This document shows, piece by piece, positions 8,380-16,941 of a stretch of 64,000 nt of DNA. The DNA is from a virus: IMG/VR virus record IMGVR_UViG_3300028920_000064, positions 1 to 64,000 of that record, one strand, 5' to 3'. The translations under genes were made by a program, and so were the position numbers. How positions within the stretch are numbered: position 1 is the first letter of the stretch; each line of letters starts with the position of its first letter. The notes under the pieces were generated by a model that had not been told where the DNA came from, did no database searches, and saw only the letters and a program-made list of their open reading frames with translations.

Positions 8380-8669
8380 AGCCTCGTCTGTGTGATGATC
8401 AGCTGATACTCAAATAAGCCCTGGGTCCTGTCTCCCCTTCGCCTTTTGTTGAGGGTGTTCCCGCCAAACCTTTCTTTTCTTAAATGGCGGAGCTGGGCGC
8501 TTATGGATGCCTGGGGATCCCCGGTGATTTCTTCTATCTCGGAGAGGGTACGCCACCTGGAATCCTTCATACAGTCAAATACCCGGAGTATCTGGCCTGT
8601 AAGCCTAACCTTATCCAACTCAGGATCATAGTCAGGCCCGTCAAATCTTATTTCTCCTTGAATATCCAT
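8376..8669 (-). CDS. Winged-helix DNA-binding protein
   Basis: WRTLSEIEEITGDPQASISAQLRHLRK HTH followed by a wing. Confidence 0.75.
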   Translation of the reverse strand: MDIQGEIRFDGPDYDPELDKVRLTGQILRVFDCMKDSRWRTLSEIEEITGDPQASISAQLRHLRKERFGGNTLNKRRRGDRTQGLFEYQLIITQTRL

Positions 8670-8670
8670 G

Positions 8671-8976
8671 TTAATCCTGTTTTACACAAGTGGTGGCCTC
8701 AAGGTTAGTGTACCATCTTGGCTTACCATCGCTTTGCACCTGTTTGTTGCTATTGATAAACCAATCAACATTTACCCAGTCGTTAGGCCGGATGTTGTTA
8801 AGGAGATCCATGTTCTCGTTCATAAAATTGAACTGAACTTCCCTTCTGTACTTACCAAACACCCAAACCTCAAGGATTAAAATTCTCTTTTTTGTCTTGT
8901 CGCTGATGAATATGGGCATCCCGACCCAAACAACTTTCCCTGAAATGTTGAACTCATTTTTCTGTGTTTTCCCCAT
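8671..8976 (-). CDS. DUF3127 family OB-fold (SSB-like) protein
   Basis: ISGKV...K.R.LIL....KY...V.F.F.......L..I...D.V.V...I.......GK..WYTNLEA; start placed at MGKTQK. Confidence 0.7.
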   Translation of the reverse strand: MGKTQKNEFNISGKVVWVGMPIFISDKTKKRILILEVWVFGKYRREVQFNFMNENMDLLNNIRPNDWVNVDWFINSNKQVQSDGKPRWYTNLEATTCVKQD

Positions 8977-9051
8977 CGTTACTGTCTTTAAGTGAGTTAT
9001 TAAAATCAATGATTGCCTGCTTTCTCTCTGAATAGTGGATTGTGTTCATAG

Positions 9052-9489
9052 CTATTTGATTTGATTGATACGTGCGATTCTTATCCTAATGTATCCTTGC
9101 TCACCGTAGATCTTCTCATTGGCATTACTACATATCCGTGAGTCATCTTTCCAAAAAGTTCCGTTTAACGAGTCGGCCACAAACTTTTCCAGATTATCCA
9201 GGTCAGGCGTTCCGATGTGATACTTGGGTGCCACATCCCTCAGCAAGTGAGCGTTCGCCCCTGTCCTGTAATGGTTCTTTGGCCTGGCGAAGCAGAAGGT
9301 GATTGACACATGGAGTGGCTCATCGAATGGAACCTCTGGCTTATTCTTCATACACACGGCCAAGAAGTCAGCCTTGTCATTCTGTGAGGGATCATAGGTT
9401 CCCTTGAATTTCCCTTTCTGGAAGGATCGGTGCCTCTTTAATGCTTTGGGGTTCCCTGGTACGGTAAAGTCAATATCGTAGAAACTCAT
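9052..9489 (-). CDS. rusA: RusA family Holliday junction resolvase
   Basis: PGNPKALKRHR, F.FARPK.HY, PDLDNLEKFVADSLNG.FWKDDSRI; start at MSFYD, coupled to the upstream stop. Confidence 0.92.
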   Translation of the reverse strand: MSFYDIDFTVPGNPKALKRHRSFQKGKFKGTYDPSQNDKADFLAVCMKNKPEVPFDEPLHVSITFCFARPKNHYRTGANAHLLRDVAPKYHIGTPDLDNLEKFVADSLNGTFWKDDSRICSNANEKIYGEQGYIRIRIARINQIK

Positions 9490-9788
9490 CTTTGCTCCTT
9501 TCCTATTACGGTTATCTCCTGTGGAATGAATGTTTTTATTACTCCGGATTTTATATGCTGGCAGATGGCCACCGTATACGAAACCGGATATCTCTGTTGA
9601 TGGTCGATCAGGATCTCGTATGTCAGGCCCCAATGAAGGAGGTAATAAAATACCTCTTCCATGTCTGGCTCCTGGTCCTTCTTTGTTTTCTTGGAGGGGT
9701 CAATAATATCCCCGTTTTTATCAAGCAAGTTTCCCTGGTCATCAATGACCGGTTCCATCACTTTTACTACTGTTTGCACTCTTGCCAT
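9486..9788 (-). CDS. Hypothetical protein
   Basis: Start likely MARVQT (9788); the longer ORF overlaps the NUMOD1 gene. Confidence 0.55.
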   Translation of the reverse strand: MARVQTVVKVMEPVIDDQGNLLDKNGDIIDPSKKTKKDQEPDMEEVFYYLLHWGLTYEILIDHQQRYPVSYTVAICQHIKSGVIKTFIPQEITVIGKEQR

Positions 9789-10110
9789 AGTCCTCTTTGT
9801 TGATGAATTTCCAAATATACCCGCCCCCTGTACGTTTTCTTGGTGAAAGGGCCTCTGTGATGGTGCTATAAGGGATCTTGGTCCTCTTCGATGCTTCTGT
9901 AATACTATCAAATAACTTGATGGGCTTGCCGGTTGTGTGATCACATTGCATGACGGGTTTTCGCTTCCTGTTCTGCGATCTCCCTTCATCAAAGCCGGCA
10001 CCATAGGCAAAAATTAGAAACCTATAAACAGTCTCCTGGTCATCTTCCTTAATGATGCCAAGATCAAGCATATCAAGGATTATCTTGCCTGCCGCCCTTT
10101 CTGGTCTCAT
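9742..10110 (-). CDS. NUMOD1 domain DNA-binding protein
   Basis: KPVMQ....GKPIKLFDSITEASKRT.I....I.......KRTGGGYIWKF; no nuclease domain seen. Confidence 0.8.
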   Translation of the reverse strand: MRPERAAGKIILDMLDLGIIKEDDQETVYRFLIFAYGAGFDEGRSQNRKRKPVMQCDHTTGKPIKLFDSITEASKRTKIPYSTITEALSPRKRTGGGYIWKFINKEDYGKSANSSKSDGTGH

Positions 10111-10373
10111 TTGAATATTGATTTCAAAAAGCCGTGTAAATTGTGATAATCACCACGCTTGTTGATGGTAAGGTTATGATATCTCTTTGCCTGGGGGAAG
10201 ATGTCTAATGTGGTTTTACCATCTGAGATCCTGATCTGCCATTCCTGGATGTGCTTATGAGACAATCCATGATCCAGGGCGAATTTCAGTATCGCCTTGC
10301 TGTGGCGTTGCTGCCTGCCTCTCCGGATCTCCTTCCCTTTCTTTTTAAACTCTTTCCACTCTTCTGAGTCCAT
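10107..10373 (-). CDS. Hypothetical protein
   Basis: 88 aa; coupled in the operon. Confidence 0.65.
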   Translation of the reverse strand: MDSEEWKEFKKKGKEIRRGRQQRHSKAILKFALDHGLSHKHIQEWQIRISDGKTTLDIFPQAKRYHNLTINKRGDYHNLHGFLKSIFK

Positions 10374-10376
10374 AGC

Positions 10377-11477
10377 TTAGAAATTGTGATTTAGTTTTTC
10401 AAATTCCCTGTCAATGTAATCTTCGTCTGGCTTCTCTTTGGTTCGGTTATTAAAGGTCCTGTTCTTATATCCCTTCCTGAGTGACCAGTTCACCACTCCC
10501 AGCTTGCCGAAATCCACACTCTCAGCGCCATAGTTGCCCAGGAACTGTATAAATTTGTTCTTAATCCCTGTTCTCTCTTTTTCAATCCTGTTTCGGAAGG
10601 ACCTGAGAAAATTATCACGCTTGGCCAGGCTGTACATTTCAAGTGTACCATCAACCACCTCACGCTCCTTGACAAATTTCTCTTCCATGAATTCTGTATA
10701 AGCCTCAGAATCGTCCGGATCAGGCTCTACCCTCTGTATCTCAGCCTCCCATCTCTCACTCTCAGCCATATTACCCTGCATATCGGCCAAATTACGCTGT
10801 TCTATGGCTTTTTTACCCGGAACCACCCGATTGTACCAGAAAGCCTTTGATATGCTCAGGATCCTCTCAATAAGGGCCTCATCTCGCATAATCTTCTCCA
10901 CCTGTAAATACCCTCCATCGACAAGCATCGCTATCTCGGCATAATCAGTCTCCAAAATGGCCATATAAGTGTGAATCTGTGCAAGGTGATAGATCGGGAT
11001 CCCGTCCTCCCACATCTGGCTTGCCCAATAACTCATGTTCTTGCACTCAAGGATCCCCTCCATAATTAAAGGCTCTCCGGTGATCATGTTAAAACCTCCT
11101 TCGATGTTGATCACCCTATCCAGGGAACCAAACAGCCAGGGATATTTGGGATTTACAATATACCCGTTTACATTTCGGCATTTTCGCACAATCTTATTGT
11201 TGGTACAGTTGTCCACATATCCATCCTTAGTGCCATCGTAGTATTGCCACACCCGGGCGATGTTTTCCTCATTGGTCCTTCCCCAAAACATCCTCTCATT
11301 GTCCTCCCTGCGGGGTTCAATCGATCCAATCTTTTCGTGGAACAACCGGACAGCTGTATCATACTTGTTTATTCCCAATACGGTCCCCATCTCAGAACCG
11401 CCAATGCCATTCTGCCTGAATTCATACCACTCATCGGTATGATGGGGTATCATGTGTATTTGTAAATCCTTTCTCAT
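10377..11477 (-). CDS. YqaJ-like (lambda-type) viral exonuclease
   Basis: EWYEFRQNGIGGSE, WGRTNE, YPWLFGSLDR, ILECKN, YHLAQIHTYM. Confidence 0.92.
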   Translation of the reverse strand: MRKDLQIHMIPHHTDEWYEFRQNGIGGSEMGTVLGINKYDTAVRLFHEKIGSIEPRREDNERMFWGRTNEENIARVWQYYDGTKDGYVDNCTNNKIVRKCRNVNGYIVNPKYPWLFGSLDRVINIEGGFNMITGEPLIMEGILECKNMSYWASQMWEDGIPIYHLAQIHTYMAILETDYAEIAMLVDGGYLQVEKIMRDEALIERILSISKAFWYNRVVPGKKAIEQRNLADMQGNMAESERWEAEIQRVEPDPDDSEAYTEFMEEKFVKEREVVDGTLEMYSLAKRDNFLRSFRNRIEKERTGIKNKFIQFLGNYGAESVDFGKLGVVNWSLRKGYKNRTFNNRTKEKPDEDYIDREFEKLNHNF

Positions 11478-11480
11478 TGA

Positions 11481-12044
11481 TCAGAAGTAAAAGCGGCTTT
11501 TCTTACGTTTTGGCATTTTCACATATCCCTTCTTTCTTTCCCCATAGTTCAGCGGGATCCCAAGATCAATACACGGCTCCCAATGCAGAATGTCGGTTCT
11601 TACAGCAATAGCAAACCTTTGCATTTTGATTGTAAAGCCCAACTCAAAAGACCAGGGATGATCAATGATCTTATTTCCGTCATATATATTGAGAGGATCA
11701 TATACCTCAAAACTTTTCGTAAAGTGCCGGTTCAGCCCGATGGATATGTCATGCTTATTCTCCATATAGTCCTTAATTGGTATCAATAAGCCGGCAGTGA
11801 TCTTCCAGTGATCCTTGAGTCCTGCCTGCCGATACAGATACCAGTTCCCATAGGTGACAGAGCCATAGGCTCCAACTTTCCAGAAATGCTGGTCATACCT
11901 CAACCCTATACCAAGATCCCAGGGCTGATGGGCCAGATAAACCGCATTAGGGGGTTTCTCACGGTCAAACGCGAAGAATTGACCTCTACCCTCCATTGAT
12001 AAGGAGAGAAATACTGCGACAATAACTGCTGTGGCTTGTCTCAT
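11481..12044 (-). CDS. Secreted protein, probable small outer-membrane beta-barrel
   Basis: Signal peptide ending GRG|Q; alternating hydrophobic strands (GIGLRYD, GAYGSVTYG, ISIGLN, SFELGFTI, IDLGIPL). Start moved to ATG 12044. Confidence 0.55.
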   Translation of the reverse strand: MRQATAVIVAVFLSLSMEGRGQFFAFDREKPPNAVYLAHQPWDLGIGLRYDQHFWKVGAYGSVTYGNWYLYRQAGLKDHWKITAGLLIPIKDYMENKHDISIGLNRHFTKSFEVYDPLNIYDGNKIIDHPWSFELGFTIKMQRFAIAVRTDILHWEPCIDLGIPLNYGERKKGYVKMPKRKKSRFYF

Positions 12045-12054
12045 GGCCTGTTGA

Positions 12055-12225
12055 TTAAGATTTGTCCTCAACAGGGGCTAGTAAGCACCGCTTTGCTGCC
12101 CTGATGCTTTTTCTGACCCCCTGCTTGGATTTCAGGATCTGAGATGTACATAGAACTTCTCCGTTCCGGGCGATCAATACCCAGTACCACTTTCCGTTGG
12201 TTGATCTTCTAATTTCAAACTTCAT
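12055..12225 (-). CDS. YegP/DUF1508 family protein (absent from ORF track)
   Basis: Hand translation, 56 aa: MKFEIRRSTNGKWYWVLIARNGEVLCTSQILKSKQGVRKSIRAAKRCLLAPVEDKS; FEI....G.WYW.L.A.NGE....S signature. Confidence 0.85.
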   Translation of the reverse strand: MKFEIRRSTNGKWYWVLIARNGEVLCTSQILKSKQGVRKSIRAAKRCLLAPVEDKS

Positions 12226-12649
12226 TGTCTTGTGTTTTTGGTGGGTTAATATTCAGTTTTAAAGGTTCAATTGCGTTATAGATCCTCAACCAGATCCTCT
12301 GGATAACATCCTGCTGCATCTTCATTATCTCCAACGGGTGCATACCCTCTGTGGATATTGTATGAAACCACTCAGCATATATCTCCGTCAACATATCAGT
12401 TTGCGCCTCATGCTGTTCAATAAGTTTCTTCACTGCGGTGAATAAAGCGTTAAAATTGATCAGGTCTGATTCCAGCTGTTGCTTTTTGGCTTTTGCCCTA
12501 TCTTTCTCCCCTGGCTTCCATTTGTAGTCAGGATCCATAAACAGCAAACGGGCCTGCTTTACTCTTTCTTCCACAGGCGCTACATATAGTCTATGGAAAG
12601 CATCTAGCTGTTTTGCAGCTCCCCAATCGTTGACTTTCTTTTCATCCAT
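12215..12649 (-). CDS. Hypothetical helical protein
   Basis: 144 aa; overlaps both neighbours. Confidence 0.7.
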   Translation of the reverse strand: MDEKKVNDWGAAKQLDAFHRLYVAPVEERVKQARLLFMDPDYKWKPGEKDRAKAKKQQLESDLINFNALFTAVKKLIEQHEAQTDMLTEIYAEWFHTISTEGMHPLEIMKMQQDVIQRIWLRIYNAIEPLKLNINPPKTQDNEV

Positions 12650-12893
12650 ATACGAATACTATTTGTTCCTCAATGATAAAATGCTTTTCAATGCCTCGCT
12701 CAATGATCACGCTGGCCCCCTTCCTCCGGTATTGAACCCTGTCACCCTCCTGGACCAGTTCGCATCCTGGGCCACAAAACAGGACTTTGCCAATGTTCGG
12801 CTTATCCTTCATCACCGGATTGATTATTCCCGATTCAGTTTTCTCCGGATTGTCCTCCGGTGCAATCAGTATAGCTTTGCCTTGTAGTCTCAT
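12642..12893 (-). CDS. groES: GroES-like co-chaperonin
   Basis: EKTESGII mobile loop, GKVLFCGPG, VQEGDRV, IIEEQIV. Confidence 0.85.
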   Translation of the reverse strand: MRLQGKAILIAPEDNPEKTESGIINPVMKDKPNIGKVLFCGPGCELVQEGDRVQYRRKGASVIIERGIEKHFIIEEQIVFVYG

Positions 12894-12894
12894 G

Positions 12895-12999
12895 TTATGG
12901 TTTTATAAATAATTCCGGATGTTGCGAGCTAAAGAGTAGCCATAATATGATAATGATTACCAGTATTATTAGCGTCCAGTCTTTAGGCTTGTCTTTCAT
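12895..12999 (-). CDS. 34-aa single-pass membrane peptide (absent from ORF track)
   Basis: MKDKPKDWTLIILVIIIILWLLFSSQHPELFIKP; ATGA overlap with the upstream stop; ends 1 nt before the groES ATG. Confidence 0.65.
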   Translation of the reverse strand: MKDKPKDWTLIILVIIIILWLLFSSQHPELFIKP

Positions 13000-13361
13000 T
13001 CCTCCTTTGGTTTGGTTAGTTGGATCATGGCTGCTTTGAACTCGCTTAAATTCATCCATTTAGTATCCCCCGCTATCGGTTTTGCATGAGTATAAAATGC
13101 TTTCTCTATCTCCCCCTCACTCAGAGTGGGCAAGGAAAGGGAGCAGAGGGCATTGGCAGCATCTTCCTTATTCCTGTTTGGGTCTTTAGAAAGCATATCA
13201 TACACAAACTTATCAAGCACTCCAATCACCTTATCCCTGTTGAGGGTGGGGTAAAGGGAGTCGATACGGGCGGCTATTTCTTCAATGTAAAAATCAGCAA
13301 TTACATCCTCCTGAAATTCATCATTAAACTGTCTTAGCGTTTCAATTATCTTGTCTTTCAT
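12996..13361 (-). CDS. Hypothetical protein with internal helical repeat
   Basis: DKIIETL...SLYPTL and DKVIGVL...SLSLPTL. Confidence 0.65.
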   Translation of the reverse strand: MKDKIIETLRQFNDEFQEDVIADFYIEEIAARIDSLYPTLNRDKVIGVLDKFVYDMLSKDPNRNKEDAANALCSLSLPTLSEGEIEKAFYTHAKPIAGDTKWMNLSEFKAAMIQLTKPKEE

Positions 13362-13370
13362 AGGTGTTGG

Positions 13371-15332
13371 TTAAAATGGTAAATCATCATCCTGATCATC
13401 GTCAAAGATGGTCGGCTCAATGTGCTTATCCGGTTCCGATGCCGGTTTGTTCTTGCTCTCTACAACAGTGAATTGGCCCCAGGTACTCATTTCCATCTTC
13501 ACCCTGTCCTCATTGCCTGTCTCTTCAAAACGGATCTTCTCCGTCCGGACAATGGTGGGAGCCTTTTGTACGACCTCATATTTCTCATCGTCATCCAGTG
13601 CGGCCAGGTCAACCCCAAGCTCCATGGCCCTTTCACTTGTGATCTTCCTCATCTTGTACCGGTGGATGAGAACACCGTAATCTGCTTTCTCTTTCCATGC
13701 AGATGACCCCTTGATATCATACAATGAGGGCATCTTGTAGTTCTGCCCCGTCATCTCAATTTTCCTGGGATGTACAATAACATTGCCGAATACGTCCCAG
13801 TAATCGTTAAAATCAATCAGCTTATCCAGCTGCTCACTGATAAAGGCTGTCTCGCTCTGCCATTTTGGTTGCTGATGTTCAATCTTATTCCAGGCATCGA
13901 CCACATATCCGAAAATGTTCTCTGTCTTTTTCAGATAGATCAAGTACCTCTCAATAGCATCCAAAGTATTCACCTTACTTGGATCCACCTTGCCCCCAAA
14001 ACTCTCGTAGTTCAGTTTATCCGGAGATATTACAAAGAAATGCCTTTCTACAAAATTCATCGCCTTGCGATACATCTCATCGGTCATGCTGTTCTTCTGC
14101 CCCTTCCGGATGCTCATACCGGTTAATGACTCTGCGATCTTGGCATACTCCCTGGCTACTGGCCTGTTCTCAGGGGTAAACATCGCCCACTTTGCGTTGA
14201 GATCCGTGTTGTGCTGAATGAATTTAGTCAACCACCATCTCGTCCATACACTCTTCCCGGATCCAGGAACACCCGTGGTAAACTGGATGAGCTTCGGCTT
14301 TACGGTAAAAAGGTTGTCTACTTCCGGTACACCGATACCATATCCAGGAACAAAACCATCATTGCGAATCTTTTCCAGGTCCTCACGTACATGAGAGGCT
14401 TTGACAACACCTTTGATGGGAACTGATGAGGCATTAGCTATACAGTCTGCGACACCCTTCTTCCCCAATGCCGGCAGTTTTTTTTCCTCATTACCCATGA
14501 ACACCTCATTGATATCCTTGTATCCATTAGGATATCTGATGATCCTACACTTTTCCTTCCCCAGGATCATGGCCAGATGCCCCCTCAGCTTCACCCCGGG
14601 AGGATCTGCATCCACCGACAGGTAGAAAATATCGATATCCTTCAAAACGCTCAGGACATATTTGTCCTGCAGATAGGCGAACTCTTTATCAAAGTTCTTA
14701 CTGTTCAACGATGGTGCGCCCTGCGGTACGGAAACTGTATTGTTGTACCCACACTCTTTGTAGGTCAACATATCCCACTCACCCTCCGTTACAATCAATG
14801 TGTTATTCCTAAATCGGTTACCGCTATCATCGTGGGTCCGGATGTCTTGCAAACCAAAAGGGATGATCCTTGTGCCTAAATCCTTGTTCAGCTGTGTCCA
14901 CTTCGGGTATTTCGATCCTTTCTTCCAATCCAGGTCCAGGAACTTGACATTGACCAGGGTGAGATTCATAAAGTATGGAAATCCCAGGATCGTTGCCGGA
15001 CCCCTCTGTGATTCGTATAACTTGGCTCTTTTTGCGGTGTTCAATGAAATACCTCGTTTTTTGAGATATTCTCTCACCTTCAATGTGAACTGCTTCTGCT
15101 GTGATGGAATCTTGCTTTTCTCTCTCACCTGCTCATATCGATCCTGAGCATCCAGGTTTCCAGACCATCCACAATGATGACATTTATACCACCTGTTCCC
15201 CGGCTCATCATTTACCGTCAGGCATCTTGCCCCTTTATGCTTCTCCCTTTTATCATCGCATTCAGGACAAATAGTGGCATACCTTGACTGCCCAGCCCTT
15301 GTCTGGATCCCGAGATCTTCAAACTGCATCAT
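13371..15332 (-). CDS. Bifunctional primase-helicase (T7 gp4/Twinkle-like)
   Basis: CPEC...CHHC zinc domain, TOPRIM VTEGEWD and DAD, Walker A GVPGSGKS, VVDAWN, HPRK, YDIKGS. Confidence 0.93.
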   Translation of the reverse strand: MMQFEDLGIQTRAGQSRYATICPECDDKREKHKGARCLTVNDEPGNRWYKCHHCGWSGNLDAQDRYEQVREKSKIPSQQKQFTLKVREYLKKRGISLNTAKRAKLYESQRGPATILGFPYFMNLTLVNVKFLDLDWKKGSKYPKWTQLNKDLGTRIIPFGLQDIRTHDDSGNRFRNNTLIVTEGEWDMLTYKECGYNNTVSVPQGAPSLNSKNFDKEFAYLQDKYVLSVLKDIDIFYLSVDADPPGVKLRGHLAMILGKEKCRIIRYPNGYKDINEVFMGNEEKKLPALGKKGVADCIANASSVPIKGVVKASHVREDLEKIRNDGFVPGYGIGVPEVDNLFTVKPKLIQFTTGVPGSGKSVWTRWWLTKFIQHNTDLNAKWAMFTPENRPVAREYAKIAESLTGMSIRKGQKNSMTDEMYRKAMNFVERHFFVISPDKLNYESFGGKVDPSKVNTLDAIERYLIYLKKTENIFGYVVDAWNKIEHQQPKWQSETAFISEQLDKLIDFNDYWDVFGNVIVHPRKIEMTGQNYKMPSLYDIKGSSAWKEKADYGVLIHRYKMRKITSERAMELGVDLAALDDDEKYEVVQKAPTIVRTEKIRFEETGNEDRVKMEMSTWGQFTVVESKNKPASEPDKHIEPTIFDDDQDDDLPF

Positions 15333-15658
15333 GGAAGTAGGGCCTCGCTTTTTTCGTTACGCACAATGAACTTAGGGCCCATGCCCTCAAGATCTGCAAA
15401 AGGATAACAGAAATCCAATTCCGTCATCAGCTGGCCATTCTTGTACCCTGGTCGGCACTTGTTGGCAATAGTGCTTTCAGCCAAGCCGGTAAGATCTGCA
15501 TATTGTCTGATTGTCCAGACATTGTGACGAAGCATATCCCTTATCAACTCCCGATCCTCATTTGGGATCTCATGCTTGTTCATAACTCTGACCTCCAGCT
15601 CTTCATCTTTCTTGATGAGCCTTATCGATGACTTGATTAATCCAATTTTCTCGCTCAT
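15329..15658 (-). CDS. HTH DNA-binding protein
   Basis: WTIRQYADLTGLAESTIANKC; start at MSEKIG, coupled to the upstream stop. Confidence 0.65.
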   Translation of the reverse strand: MSEKIGLIKSSIRLIKKDEELEVRVMNKHEIPNEDRELIRDMLRHNVWTIRQYADLTGLAESTIANKCRPGYKNGQLMTELDFCYPFADLEGMGPKFIVRNEKSEALLP

Positions 15659-16089
15659 AGTCTCCAAAGTATTAAGCCTACACCCAACAGAAGGGCTATC
15701 AATCGTGGCCATATAAACGAGTTGGCGTGTAAATGATTTCTGAATATCCATCTTTCTATCCGATCAGTCATCTTTACTGTGCCGATATAAGTAAAGGGAT
15801 AACCGGCTGAAAGGTTATGGATTGGATTGAAGATCGCATACCTGATGCAAAGCCAGGCAATGATGACATGAACAAATAAATATCTCCAAAAATGCCATCC
15901 ATCTGCATAGTAGGGTTTGAGATCAAGATTGTCATTAACCAGCAAAGGCCAAAACAGGACAAGTGCGGGGATCCCCATCAGTTTTACAAACTCAATTGCT
16001 GCTGCAATCTTCTTCATGCCTCTATGGGCAAGGCCCTCATGCACTGCTTCCAGCACGGTGAAGAACAAAATAATTGATAATAGTATCAT
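15655..16089 (-). CDS. Multi-pass membrane protein
   Basis: About four hydrophobic segments; ATG 16089 lies downstream of the promoter. Confidence 0.7.
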   Translation of the reverse strand: MILLSIILFFTVLEAVHEGLAHRGMKKIAAAIEFVKLMGIPALVLFWPLLVNDNLDLKPYYADGWHFWRYLFVHVIIAWLCIRYAIFNPIHNLSAGYPFTYIGTVKMTDRIERWIFRNHLHANSFIWPRLIALLLGVGLILWRL

Positions 16090-16109
16090 TTCGTAAATGT
16101 TTGTTTTCA

Positions 16110-16140
16110 CAAATGTATTTATAATATTTCTTTAAACAAA
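16110..16140 (-). promoter_or_regulatory. Consensus Bacteroidota sigma-A promoter of the replication operon
   Basis: TTTG (16140-16137), 19-nt spacer, TACATTTG (16117-16110); perfect consensus. Confidence 0.85.
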
Positions 16141-16151
16141 TTATTTTGCAC

Positions 16152-16180
16152 AAAAAAAGGGGATCCACTGGACCCCCCTT
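16152..16180 (-). terminator. Intrinsic terminator ending the structural/lysis operon
   Basis: Minus strand GGGGGTCC-AGT-GGATCCCC followed by T7. Confidence 0.85.
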
Positions 16181-16200
16181 GACCGCTTTACTTGGATGTG

Positions 16201-16941
16201 TTAGCCGCCTACAGCTAAAGCAGCAATAATAGCCAGGAATACACCTGAAACTATTTGCCAAAAGGTTTTACCCCGCTGCTTCTTATTGATCTGCTCATCT
16301 TGGATATCGATAATCTGATCTTTGTTTATAATCACACTATCAAGATCAAGCCTGCTTTCTTCCATCAGCAACATTGCTGATTTCTGCTCATAGAGGACTG
16401 TATCCTTCAAGTCCAGCTGGTAGTCCTTCTCATCGATCTGAGAAAGGAGATTTGTGTTTATCTCATCCAACTTAATATTCTCCAAAAAGGTAAGATGGAT
16501 CCCCTTCACCTGTGGCTCATTAAAAGGATACTTCAAATGACCTGGGTACGGATACGCCTCGGTCACCAGGAAGTCATAACTTGTGTCCGCCGGTATAGTC
16601 AGTAGGCTATCGGACAAACTCTGAAATTCGGCCTGCAAAACGCTGTAATCATATTCCAGATCATCAGCCCTCATAACCGATGCTCCCAGGCTATCCCTCA
16701 ACTCTTCGATCCTCTGATCTTTTAAGAGTAAAAGACTATCCCTTTCCTTCACATCAGCTTGCAGGATATCGTTCTGGATGTTAAGGCCGGTGATTCGCTC
16801 CACCATAATCTCAAGGTCGGATCGCTCACAGCCATTCCGGACTAAAGAGAGGATAAAGAATATGATCACGATCAAGAGAGCAACGGTCTTGATCCTGCTC
16901 AGATTATCCCCTATCCAGTCTATGATCTTGCCGAAGGTCAT
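16201..16941 (-). CDS. Spanin-like coiled-coil protein with N- and C-terminal hydrophobic anchors
   Basis: N-terminal TM, heptad-rich middle, C-terminal TM; last gene of the lysis cassette. Confidence 0.55.
   Translation of the reverse strand: MTFGKIIDWIGDNLSRIKTVALLIVIIFFILSLVRNGCERSDLEIMVERITGLNIQNDILQADVKERDSLLLLKDQRIEELRDSLGASVMRADDLEYDYSVLQAEFQSLSDSLLTIPADTSYDFLVTEAYPYPGHLKYPFNEPQVKGIHLTFLENIKLDEINTNLLSQIDEKDYQLDLKDTVLYEQKSAMLLMEESRLDLDSVIINKDQIIDIQDEQINKKQRGKTFWQIVSGVFLAIIAALAVGG

Noticed and set aside
8954-9049. 31-aa minus-strand ORF (MNTIHYSERK...)
   Set aside because: It fills a gap but has no motif and overlaps the DUF3127 start; support is insufficient
9742-10110. NUMOD1 gene as a homing endonuclease or intron marker
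   Set aside because: No HNH or GIY-YIG domain, and the flanking genes are not split
12072-12214. Apparent intergenic gap that might hold a tRNA or ncRNA
   Set aside because: It is occupied by the YegP-like ORF; no cloverleaf was seen
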